A DNA stretch of 64,000 nucleotides, from the IMG/VR virus record IMGVR_UViG_3300045988_175328, positions 160,001 through 224,000 of that record; one strand, given 5' to 3'. This DNA comes from a virus. A program made the position numbers and the translations under genes. The notes beneath the pieces are model-generated. The model had not been told where the DNA came from. It was given only the letters and a program-made list of their open reading frames with translations, and searched no databases. Positions 45,977 to 54,518 of the stretch are shown here, piece by piece. Numbering within the stretch: position 1 is the first letter of the stretch; every line of letters starts with the position of its first letter.

Positions 45977-46325
45977 CGATGAAATATTCCAAAAGATGCT
46001 TGTTCGATATAGAAATTACACTGACTTAAGTCAAGATTTCATCGAAAAAATTGAAGAATCTAACAAACAAAAAGTAATTGAACTAGAAGTTGTTGGTGTT
46101 CAAGAACCTGGAGTTTTTCATTTACAGTTCTTCGGAGAAAGAAGTAATGTAATTGGCGAAGCCAGTATCGTATATCATCAAGGATTAATTACCGGAATTT
46201 TAGATTTCGGAAGAAAAAACGAAGAAGTGTTTCCTTTCGAAGTATCTAATAAAAGTTTAAAGATTAATAATTTAATCCAAGAATTTGAAAAATACATTCA
46301 AGTTGATTTTATTAATGAAATTTAG
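45969..46325 (+). CDS. Hypothetical protein
   Basis: ORF track, GAAAGGTGG SD-like. Confidence 0.5.
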   Translation: MIDDEIFQKMLVRYRNYTDLSQDFIEKIEESNKQKVIELEVVGVQEPGVFHLQFFGERSNVIGEASIVYHQGLITGILDFGRKNEEVFPFEVSNKSLKINNLIQEFEKYIQVDFINEI

Positions 46326-46326
46326 C

Positions 46327-46360
46327 AGCCGCCCTTCGGGGCGGCTTATTTTTATTTTCA
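46327..46360 (+). terminator. Rho-independent terminator
   Basis: GCCGCCCTTCGGGGCGGCTTATTTTTATTTTT. Confidence 0.9.
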
Positions 46361-46387
46361 ACCGTCTCCAACGGAACAAGATGAATT

Positions 46388-46834
46388 ATGCAGAACGAAA
46401 AAAGAGCGTATCTGATCTTAGAGATGTTCTATCAAACAGGGAATGAAATTGTTTTCAGTGCCTTCAATAGAACCAATCAAGTGTCTTCCAGATATACAAA
46501 TTGCTATTATCGAAATGGTTTTTGTCAAAGACAAATTTTATTTGACGGAGGCAAGGTTTATCGATACGAAGTAGTCGAAGATTTAGATACAAAAATTAAT
46601 CATGTGGCTCATCAATCTTGTATTAGATATAAAGACTATGACCACATTAAACCTATTATGGAAAAAGAATTGATCGCTCGATATGGTATAACTAAATATG
46701 AGCGATATCTTAATTTAATTGACAGAGCCTGCAATGAAACATACGGCTCATTTACAACAGAATTTTATTCCTTTTCAATTCCTCCAATTGGAGAATATGA
46801 CGATACATTAGAAGACATAGAGGTGATATTTTGA
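46388..46834 (+). CDS. Hypothetical protein
   Basis: ORF track. Confidence 0.45.
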   Translation: MQNEKRAYLILEMFYQTGNEIVFSAFNRTNQVSSRYTNCYYRNGFCQRQILFDGGKVYRYEVVEDLDTKINHVAHQSCIRYKDYDHIKPIMEKELIARYGITKYERYLNLIDRACNETYGSFTTEFYSFSIPPIGEYDDTLEDIEVIF

Positions 46835-46926
46835 GTCCGGCATTTGTTGTTTTTGGATATATTTTAGTATTATTATTAATTGCGGCCATTTTATGGGCGC
46901 TAGAAATACTATTATTTAACAAGTAA
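46831..46926 (+). CDS. Tiny membrane protein (31 aa, TTG start), not in ORF track
   Basis: MSPAFVVFGYILVLLLIAAILWALEILLFNK; GAGGTG upstream. Confidence 0.5.
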   Translation: MSPAFVVFGYILVLLLIAAILWALEILLFNK

Positions 46927-46952
46927 TTTATTCTTTAAAAAGGAGAACTCTC

Positions 46953-47408
46953 ATGAACTTAGTAACTAAAGAAATAATCTTAACTCGACTCGATAAAAAA
47001 GGTGCACTAAGTGCACTTGAATCAACTATTGAAAAATTTCATGAAGAATATCATAATAATAAATATAATTTTAAAGATGTCGATAATCATATTGAAGAAT
47101 TTAAATTATATAATGGAGAGTTATTCTATCGCTCTACTAACGATATTAATATTGACTTAAATACATTAAAAAATAGTAACGATGAGTATGTAATTAATGA
47201 TTTAATGCGATTAAAATCTTCAGTAAATCTAGCTCTTCTATTAAAAGAAAAGAATTTTAATATGATTCCAGTACCAGAAGATCTTTTAGATAATCTATAT
47301 CTTAATATAAAACTATTCTTAAAAACAATTGAACGAATCGAGTTAGCATTAGAAGCTCTCAATCGAGCCGATACTATTCTTAATGGAGAGGATGGCTTCC
47401 GAGTCTAA
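46953..47408 (+). CDS. Hypothetical protein
   Basis: ORF track, AAAGGAG SD. Confidence 0.5.
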   Translation: MNLVTKEIILTRLDKKGALSALESTIEKFHEEYHNNKYNFKDVDNHIEEFKLYNGELFYRSTNDINIDLNTLKNSNDEYVINDLMRLKSSVNLALLLKEKNFNMIPVPEDLLDNLYLNIKLFLKTIERIELALEALNRADTILNGEDGFRV

Positions 47409-47612
47409 TGAAATACCGTCAAATTGTTAAAACGGTAGCACATGCTTGTATTAACTATAAATTAAGTCTTCCTATAGACTTTAAATTAATTTTAACAAGA
47501 ACTTCGTGCATGTTGTATGCTAAAGGAGAGAATGATGCTACATTTAAAGGTCGACTAATTTTATTGAAATTCAGAACTAACACTCGTGATTTTAATCATG
47601 AGATACAGTTTT
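47408..47612 (+). CDS. Exon 1 of small gene interrupted by IStron
   Basis: MKYRQIVKTVAHACINYKLSLPIDFKLI...RDFNHEIQF; 205 nt. Confidence 0.7.
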
Positions 47613-48060
47613 GGAAATTAGTAAGCCTGTAGGGAAACTTGCAGGTAGAAATAGCTTTTAGCTATTCAACGAAGAAACTGAATTGCTGGGAACCCCTAAA
47701 GCTCAATTAACTACAATATAGATTTGAAATATAATCAAGTATGAATGTGGCGAAAGCAGAAAAAATAATTGAGATAAGATATGGTTAAACCCTAAGTCTT
47801 AAGATAATGGGCAATCAGCAGCGAAGCTCCGAATAGGAGAACGTTCAACGACTATTCCTCGTGAGGGAAGTACACCGTAAGCGATTGACGGTGGAAGTGG
47901 TGTCGCCTAAGTCGCAATAGCGATATGGATAAGATATAGTCTGTGCTTATGCGAAAGTATAAGATGCGCGTAATGGCGCTGGTTAGGAATAGCGATCCTG
48001 ATTGAACGAGACCTCACAAAACATGGTTCTAAAATGTCCTGTAAAAGTTTTACTGAAAAG

Positions 48061-48088
48061 TTGTTTTTTAGTAAAAGTATGTTATAAT
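48061..48088 (+). promoter_or_regulatory. Putative tnpB promoter
   Basis: TTGTTT-N16-TATAAT. Confidence 0.6.
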
Positions 48089-48118
48089 AATCTCGTAATA
48101 TAGTAATTAGAAAGCGAG

Positions 48119-49378
48119 GTGATAATAATGTATGTAAATATGAAGCAACAGGTAAAACATCTAACAAAAGAAAAATACAATATCCTAAGAGAATTATGTA
48201 GGACTGCTAAGAATTTAAAAAATGAAGCAATTTATAATATTCGACAACATTATTTTCAAGAAAAACAATACTTGAGATATGAGTCGAATTATCATGAACT
48301 AAAGTATTCTGAAAATTATAAGCTTTTAAATTCTAATATGGCACAACAAACTCTCAAGGAAGTTGATACAATGTTTAAATCATTCTTTGCTTTGATTAAA
48401 ATGGCAAAGCAAGGAAAGTACAGTTTTAAGCATATACGATTACCTAAGTATCTGCCTAAAAATGGATATTCAAATTTAATCATTGCACAATTTAAAATTA
48501 AAGATGGTATTTTAACTATTCCAGTTTCTAATGCTTTTAAGGAAAAGCATGATATGAAAATTCAGATCAAAATTCCCAAAGCATTAGAAGGTAAAAAGAT
48601 TAAACAGATTCAAATTATACCTAAATTTAATGCTAGGTTCTTCGAGATTCAATATATATATGAAGTTCAAGAAGAAGATTTAAAATTAGATACCAACAAT
48701 GCACTGGCTATTGATTTGGGAGTTAATAATTTGTGTACTTGCGTTACAAACGCTGGTAGATCTTTTATTATCGACGGAAGGAAGTTAAAATCTGTTAATC
48801 AATTCTTTAACAAGAATTATGCTAAACTACAATCTATTAAAGACAAACAGCGTATCAAAAGACAGACGAAACAACAATATTTAATTTCTCTTAAGAGAAA
48901 GAATAGGGTTAACGATTATATCAATAAAACATGTCGATATATCATAAACTATTGCTTATCTAATAATATCGGAACTTTAGTTATTGGTTATAATCAGTCA
49001 TTTCAATGTAAAACTAATTTAGGTAGGAGAAACAATCAAATTTTTACTCAATTGCCATTTGGTAAGATTCGAGAAAAATTAGAATATTCGTGCAAACGAT
49101 ATGGTATTAATTATATCTTACAAGAAGAATCTTACACTTCTAAAGCTAGTTTTTTTGATAATGATGAGTTACCTATTTATAATGCTGACAATCCACAGGA
49201 ATATGAGTTCAGTGGAAAGCGTGTTAAAAGAGGATTATACCAGACTAAAGATGGTTATCTTTTTAATGCAGATTGTAACGGCGCATTAAATATTCTTCGT
49301 AAAAGTAGCGTTGTAGACCTTAGTGTCTTATACAGTAGGGGCGATCTGGACACGCCTAAAAGAATAAGGATCTTTTAA
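48119..49378 (+). CDS. tnpB: RNA-guided nuclease-like transposon protein TnpB (start may be 48128)
   Basis: 'NALAIDLGVNNLCTCV', 'GRRNNQIFTQLPFGKIREKLEYSCKRYGINYILQEESYTSKASFFD', 'GLYQTKDGYLFNADCNGALNILRK'. Confidence 0.92.
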   Translation: MIIMYVNMKQQVKHLTKEKYNILRELCRTAKNLKNEAIYNIRQHYFQEKQYLRYESNYHELKYSENYKLLNSNMAQQTLKEVDTMFKSFFALIKMAKQGKYSFKHIRLPKYLPKNGYSNLIIAQFKIKDGILTIPVSNAFKEKHDMKIQIKIPKALEGKKIKQIQIIPKFNARFFEIQYIYEVQEEDLKLDTNNALAIDLGVNNLCTCVTNAGRSFIIDGRKLKSVNQFFNKNYAKLQSIKDKQRIKRQTKQQYLISLKRKNRVNDYINKTCRYIINYCLSNNIGTLVIGYNQSFQCKTNLGRRNNQIFTQLPFGKIREKLEYSCKRYGINYILQEESYTSKASFFDNDELPIYNADNPQEYEFSGKRVKRGLYQTKDGYLFNADCNGALNILRKSSVVDLSVLYSRGDLDTPKRIRIF

Positions 49379-49458
49379 GATCAAACTTCTTAATAAAATA
49401 ACTTTAAGTTATTTTTAGAACCATGTGATTTTAATCATGTGAGGTTCAGTGAATCGAG

Positions 49459-49592
49459 ATATTGATCTTAATGAATATAGCGCTTACGACCAAATTGTGT
49501 ATAAAACAGTAGAATCATATTTAATTAAAAATCAGGAGGCATTCTCTAAGTTTAATACATTAGTCGGCACTATTGAATCTGAAGTAGAATAA
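49459..49592 (+). CDS. Exon 2 of the IStron-interrupted gene
   Basis: ..YIDLNEYSAYDQIVYKTVESYLIKNQEAFSKFNTLVGTIESEVE; 205+134=339 nt=113 codons. Confidence 0.7.
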
Positions 49593-49636
49593 AAAAGATG
49601 ACCCTGTATTTTTAAATTACAGAGTCATCTTTTTAG
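49591..49636. terminator. Bidirectional terminator between convergent genes
   Basis: AAAAAAGATGAC..CTGTA...TACAG..GTCATCTTTTT. Confidence 0.85.
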
Positions 49637-49670
49637 TCTATAGTAACGAGCTGATATTTGTATGTCAGGA

Positions 49671-49949
49671 TTATTTATTTAAAGCTTCTTTTAAAGCTTT
49701 AGCTGGTTTGAAAGCTACAGCTTTTTTTGCAGCGACTTTCATTTTTTCGCCAGTTTGTGGATTACGGCATTCGCGAGCTTTACGTTCACGAGATTCGAAA
49801 ATGCCGAAACCATGTAAGCTAACTTTATCTCCTTTTACAAGAGATGTAGTTACTGTTGCTAATACATCTTCAACTAAAGCTGTAATAGCTTTTAAAGTTA
49901 ATTCAGGATGTTTAGCAGCAACTGCTTTAATTAATTCTTGTTTATTCAT
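49671..49949 (-). CDS. hup: HU-family DNA-binding protein
   Basis: MNKQELIKAVAAKHPELTLKAITALVEDVLATVTTSLVKGDKVSLHGFGIFESRERKARECRNPQTGEKMKVAAKKAVAFKPAKALKEALNK. Confidence 0.97.
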   Translation of the reverse strand: MNKQELIKAVAAKHPELTLKAITALVEDVLATVTTSLVKGDKVSLHGFGIFESRERKARECRNPQTGEKMKVAAKKAVAFKPAKALKEALNK

Positions 49950-50242
49950 TTGTATCTCCTTTCTTATAAGTCAATAAGTAGCATGAGAAATACCTATTAT
50001 AGATTAAAATGTTTCTTGCAAGAAGAGTAGCACATAGGCACTAAACATACTACTTATTGCTTATATATTGTATTACAACGCTATTATATATCATTTAATT
50101 AGCTTTGTAAATAGCTAAATTTAAAAATCCTCTTTTTTGAGGCTATCATTTGCTATTCATTTAATATGTTAGCAAAATAAATCCTCATTTATGACGTATT
50201 CGTCAATGTACGGCTTAGTATTATTTATCATGGAGGTTTTAT

Positions 50243-50581
50243 ATGATTGAAAAGGAAATATTAGTCCCAAGACTTGCAGCACTCACTTTCGACAATAAAA
50301 ATGATTTCGAAATTGAAGTAACTCAATGGGATGAAGTGCTTGTCAAAATTGAAGGCAAGACGGGAAATAAAGATGAATTCGCCCAGACTATTTTTAATTT
50401 AGAAACTGGTATAGTTATTTATGAAGTAGATGGTGAAGAAATAGATTCACAACTTATTGAGCCACAGTCTTTTGAAGAATGGGACTACGAGAATTGGCAA
50501 TGTGCCCATGACGATTATTCTAAATGGGTAGATTATATTAAAGAACAAGTTAATTATTTGTATACAGAAAGGGAATTTTAA
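50243..50581 (+). CDS. Hypothetical protein
   Basis: ORF track, GGAGG SD. Confidence 0.55.
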   Translation: MIEKEILVPRLAALTFDNKNDFEIEVTQWDEVLVKIEGKTGNKDEFAQTIFNLETGIVIYEVDGEEIDSQLIEPQSFEEWDYENWQCAHDDYSKWVDYIKEQVNYLYTEREF

Positions 50582-51096
50582 TGTTAAACGTAACAGTAAA
50601 TAAAGAAATTTTAGGACAAGAAAATTTAATGAATATTATGGCTCAAACAGGAGCCACTATCGTTTCTCAAGAAGGAGACGATATTGTATTAGGCGTTAAT
50701 CCTGAACAAAAAGAAAATTTTGTAAAATTGTATGATGACGCCACTAAATTTAGTGGCGTTTATAAAGCTTCTAAGTTTGCAGGCTCTCTTATCGGGAAGA
50801 CAGCTGACTTAGGAAAGAAAGCTTTAGTTGGTACCGGCCAACTAGCCTTTAAAACTACTTTTGGTGTAGGTCGTCGCTGTGTTGAAACAGTGGCTGGTCT
50901 TGGTGCTAAAATGGTTAAAGAAGGGAAAGAAAGCTATGGTCAAATGATGGACTCTGAAGAGTTTAATGATTTACGAAATCAATTTGGTGGCTCTTCTGAT
51001 AATGGATTATCATGGAATTCTGTAGAACAGAAAGAAACTCCTACTCAAGAAGAAATTTTAGAAGAAGCCACAAGACTCAATGAGGAGCAAGGTTAA
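50581..51096 (+). CDS. Hypothetical protein, paralogue of 28852-29337
   Basis: 'KTADLGKKALVGTGQLAFKTTFGVGRRCVETVAGLGAKMVKEGKESYGQMMDSEEFNDL'. Confidence 0.65.
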   Translation: MLNVTVNKEILGQENLMNIMAQTGATIVSQEGDDIVLGVNPEQKENFVKLYDDATKFSGVYKASKFAGSLIGKTADLGKKALVGTGQLAFKTTFGVGRRCVETVAGLGAKMVKEGKESYGQMMDSEEFNDLRNQFGGSSDNGLSWNSVEQKETPTQEEILEEATRLNEEQG

Positions 51097-51716
51097 TGAA
51101 ATACCTATTAACTATTCTCGAAAATGAGTCTAATGAAGGAGAAGTAGCACTCCATTGTCTTAATGACAATGGAGTCTATCTTCCATTTCTTAGAAGAGAA
51201 AAATATCAATCTCTCGATCATTTAAATATATTAGTTGGCAATTTTCTTAAAAATGTAACTTCTATAGAAAATTATGTCGGCATTTTTCTGAGCGAGAATT
51301 TAATTCGATTAGATTTCAATGAAAAAATCTATAAAAAAGAAATTGAAAAATTTCTTAAATTAAATCCTCAATATGTTAATGAGCACTATACTGTCCAAAC
51401 TGGACAACATGGTAGCGTTATTACCAATGTATTCATTGACAAAAGAAGATTTCTAAAATTAGCAAAAAGCAAAGTAGGCAAAACATGGGCTTCTAAAGAT
51501 TTTAAGGTCAAAAATATAGTTAGCTACAATTTGCTTTTGGCCAGCGAAGCTGAAAAAGAAATCATTAAAATAAACCCTCTATTGTCTAGAAATGATATCA
51601 ATCATTTAATTCTTTGCCATGCAATAGTAAAGACTGAATTTGGCGATAAGGCATTTGAAGAGCTTGTAAGAAATTCTTCTCTTAATAATCACTCTTCATC
51701 ATCATTAATGCACTAA
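51096..51716 (+). CDS. Hypothetical protein
   Basis: ORF track; overlapping stop/start. Confidence 0.55.
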   Translation: MKYLLTILENESNEGEVALHCLNDNGVYLPFLRREKYQSLDHLNILVGNFLKNVTSIENYVGIFLSENLIRLDFNEKIYKKEIEKFLKLNPQYVNEHYTVQTGQHGSVITNVFIDKRRFLKLAKSKVGKTWASKDFKVKNIVSYNLLLASEAEKEIIKINPLLSRNDINHLILCHAIVKTEFGDKAFEELVRNSSLNNHSSSSLMH

Positions 51717-51796
51717 GTATATTTAGCAAATTAAAATCCTCACATTTGACATTTTCATAATATTAGCATATAATATATTTATTAAATGTTGGCATT

Positions 51797-51960
51797 AGTA
51801 ATACGGTTTGGTTAATTTCCCCTTTAACCTTACCGTATTATTAATTTTACAGGATGCTCCTGTAGTGAGTCTATCAAATTACGCACCCCTCGGTTTACAT
51901 GTTCTCTCTCATGTGTAATTTTACAGATAGGCTTACTAGAGGAGCATCCTCTTTTTTTTT
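51797..51960 (+). promoter_or_regulatory. Candidate transcription attenuator/structured leader
   Basis: TAATACGG..CCGTATTA hairpin; 51852-51875 pairs with 51926-51949 over ~22-24 nt; alternative terminator AGAGGA-GCA-TCCTCT + T run at 51938-51960. Confidence 0.65.
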
Positions 51961-52008
51961 ATTATTTTTTTATTTTAATGAGGCGAGGCCTCAGAAAAGG
52001 AGACTACT

Positions 52009-52662
52009 ATGTTAGTACAAGTAAATTATGTAACAAAAGAATTAGAAGGTAAAACACAATTCGCACGTGCCGTACAAATCGGTGACAAAGTGAAAGCAAC
52101 CGCTCTCGATGTTCACAACAATAAGTTTGAAGGCATTATGACTGAATGTGCAAATATGTTAAAAGCAGTTGATTCTTTAAAAATGAATCCATCTGCTAAA
52201 AACATTTTGTCGGTAACATTACCTGATTTCTATATGGCAAAAGTATTACGCGGCTATTCTTTAGCTAAAAATGGTACTGCCATTAATAAAGAAACGGCTA
52301 TGTTTAAAGGCGAAATTGATTTAGCACCGACTGTAGCTTTTGTACAAGAATTAACAGCTATTCTTAAAAAAGGATGGAGCGTACGCTTCCAATCTTATAG
52401 CTCTTTACAATATTTTGTAGTAGATGCTCAAGGATATGCTGGTCAAACAGAAGCTACTTTTGAAAACGGTGTTTCTAAAGAAGGTTTCGCATTAGCTGGC
52501 GGCAATAAAGCATCTGGTACTTATGTATTGAAAGAAGAAAAAGGACAAGTATTAGCTGTTCGCCCAGATAGTAAAACACAAAAAGAAAGCCGTGCTCGCT
52601 TTGCAGCAGCAATGGGAACACTTAATAAATTTGATGCGAATATTTTACTTAATGCATTCTAA
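52009..52662 (+). CDS. Hypothetical protein (217 aa)
   Basis: ORF track, AAAGGAG SD, downstream of structured leader. Confidence 0.6.
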   Translation: MLVQVNYVTKELEGKTQFARAVQIGDKVKATALDVHNNKFEGIMTECANMLKAVDSLKMNPSAKNILSVTLPDFYMAKVLRGYSLAKNGTAINKETAMFKGEIDLAPTVAFVQELTAILKKGWSVRFQSYSSLQYFVVDAQGYAGQTEATFENGVSKEGFALAGGNKASGTYVLKEEKGQVLAVRPDSKTQKESRARFAAAMGTLNKFDANILLNAF

Positions 52663-52734
52663 TTTAGTTTAATTGGTATAAAGCCTGCTGACATTAGTCA
52701 GCAGGTATTTATTTTTTAAGAAAGGATTATTTAA

Positions 52735-53142
52735 ATGGGAAACAGAGCTGTAATTACCTGGAGCGACACGAAACAACCTAAAGTTAGTAATGATTTAGGA
52801 ATCTATTTACATTGGAATGGAGGTATTGAATCTGTTCAAGCATTTTTAGAATATGCAAAAGAGAATGGATTACCTAATCCTAGTGATGATGAACAATATG
52901 GACTTGCTCGCATGGTTCAAATGATTGGTAACTTTTTAGGTGATTATTCCGGTATTGGAATTGGCCCATTAAAAGAGTTAGATCTCGACAATTGGGACAA
53001 TGGTACATATTTCTGTAAAGATTTTAATATTGTTCGTCGAATGTATTGCGATGATCGCGAACATGTTTTGTCGACTGATAAAGATCTTGAAGATATGAAA
53101 GATCAAATCTATCGCAAACAACCTGAATCTTACAAAAAATAG
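52735..53142 (+). CDS. Hypothetical phage-type protein
   Basis: 'MGNRAVITWSDTKQPKVSNDLGIYLHWNGGIESVQAFLEYAK'. Confidence 0.6.
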   Translation: MGNRAVITWSDTKQPKVSNDLGIYLHWNGGIESVQAFLEYAKENGLPNPSDDEQYGLARMVQMIGNFLGDYSGIGIGPLKELDLDNWDNGTYFCKDFNIVRRMYCDDREHVLSTDKDLEDMKDQIYRKQPESYKK

Positions 53143-53150
53143 GTGAGATT

Positions 53151-53393
53151 ATGAGCCCGTTATTCGGACTCGATTATTTGATGGATACTCTCGACGACCG
53201 TTCTTTAATTCTTTTATATAATGAATGGCGCCGAGAGTATAATCTATCTAATCGAGGATTCTTTAGACAATGTGAAGGTATAATTGTACATAGAAATAAT
53301 ACATATTATACAAGCTTAAACAAAAAATTAATTCCATTAAAAGATTTAAGAAAGTATATTAAAGATAATGTACTCCAAGTACATTCTTGGTAG
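53151..53393 (+). CDS. Hypothetical protein
   Basis: ORF track. Confidence 0.5.
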   Translation: MSPLFGLDYLMDTLDDRSLILLYNEWRREYNLSNRGFFRQCEGIIVHRNNTYYTSLNKKLIPLKDLRKYIKDNVLQVHSW

Positions 53394-53872
53394 GTGATAC
53401 AATGATCAGATACTGTGATAAGTGCAAGAAAGAAATTGAAACAGAAGTAATTTTTAGAAAAGAAATATACGAAGTTCTTGGAGAAGACATTGAAGTTGAT
53501 TCTCAAATACTTGTTTGTTCTAAATGCGGCAATAATTTTTACTACGAAGATTTTGATAAAGTTACACTAATAGTTGCCTATAATAAATATAGAAAAAAAC
53601 ATAATTTACTTTTTCCTATAGAAATAGAGTCAATTAGAAGAATGTATTGTCTTAGTCAAATAAACTTCGCTAAACTTCTTAATTGGAGCGATAAAGCTAT
53701 TCGAAAATATGAAAGCGGTACAATTCAAAGCAAAGAGCACAATGATTTATTAGTATATTTAAAAGATCCAAGAAATATGAAATCTTATCTATCAAAAAAT
53801 AAAGTTAATTTAGATGAAAAAACTTTAGATAAATTAACATATTTAGTAGATAGATTAATTTTAAAACTATGA
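53387..53872 (+). CDS. YgiT/MqsA-type zinc-finger + HTH antitoxin-like protein
   Basis: 'YCDKCKKEIETE..QILVCSKCGNNFYYEDFDK' (two CxxC) and 'IESIRRMYCLSQINFAKLLNWSDKAIRKYESGTIQSKEHNDLLVYLKDPRNM'. Confidence 0.8.
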   Translation: MVGDTMIRYCDKCKKEIETEVIFRKEIYEVLGEDIEVDSQILVCSKCGNNFYYEDFDKVTLIVAYNKYRKKHNLLFPIEIESIRRMYCLSQINFAKLLNWSDKAIRKYESGTIQSKEHNDLLVYLKDPRNMKSYLSKNKVNLDEKTLDKLTYLVDRLILKL

Positions 53873-53901
53873 GTAGTAGTTTAAAATGAAAGGCCAAAAA
53901 T

Positions 53902-54225
53902 ATGCCAGATATATATGTTCCTGATTTAACAATATTTGATATTATTAAAGAAAAAGATAAAATTAAAACAAGAGATGAATTTATTGAATCTTTGTCAACA
54001 GCTCAATCTGCTTATATTCTAGGATTAAAAATTCAAGCAGTTGATTCCGCTAGTTATTGGCTTGATAAATATAAAGAAACAAAAGATAAGAAATATTTAA
54101 CGAAAGTAAATAAATATTTAATTCAAGCCAACACTGTAGAATTTTTCACAAATTTAGATGTACTTTCAGAAGAATATGAAGACATAAAAAAAGAATATAA
54201 TAAAGTAATTAAGGATGTGATTTAA
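53902..54225 (+). CDS. Hypothetical protein
   Basis: ORF track. Confidence 0.5.
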   Translation: MPDIYVPDLTIFDIIKEKDKIKTRDEFIESLSTAQSAYILGLKIQAVDSASYWLDKYKETKDKKYLTKVNKYLIQANTVEFFTNLDVLSEEYEDIKKEYNKVIKDVI

Positions 54226-54518
54226 TGCCGAATAATTATAATGATTGGGGCGAGTTCGCCGCAAGTTTAGGATTAAGACAAGAAGGATTTCTTGAAGACT
54301 TAATTAAAGGACACATTGAAGAATGTAATTGTTTTCTTAAAGAATATAGCGAAAGTAATGATGTTTATTTATTTTATTTAGTGCAAGACTCTTTAGTTCA
54401 AATGCGATTATTATATTGTTTGTTGAATAAAAATGCTGATGAGGAATATAAAAGAATCTATTTATCATACAAAAATATTAAAGAACACCTTATAGAAGGA
54501 GGAAGATTAAATGGCTAA
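54225..54518 (+). CDS. Hypothetical protein
   Basis: ORF track; overlapping stop/start. Confidence 0.5.
   Translation: MPNNYNDWGEFAASLGLRQEGFLEDLIKGHIEECNCFLKEYSESNDVYLFYLVQDSLVQMRLLYCLLNKNADEEYKRIYLSYKNIKEHLIEGGRLNG

Larger units (their letters stand above)
47613..49458 (+). mobile_element. IStron: group I intron fused to IS200/IS605-family tnpB element
   Basis: Group I core strings 'aattgctgggaacccc', 'taatgggcaatcagcagc', 'gttcaacgacta', 'gataagatatagtct' followed by tnpB; exon AGUUUU can pair with intron GGAAACU (U.G at splice site); intron ends in G; excision restores frame. Confidence 0.85.

Noticed and set aside
47907-48167. Minus-strand ORF overlapping the group I ribozyme and tnpB start
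   Set aside because: Lies across conserved ribozyme core strings; no coding evidence.
49101-49289. Plus-strand 62-aa ORF inside tnpB
   Set aside because: Out-of-frame with the strongly supported TnpB ORF.
47613-49458. Complete autonomous IS200/IS605 element
   Set aside because: No TnpA-like HUH transposase ORF is present; element is group I intron plus TnpB only, so any transposition would need TnpA in trans.
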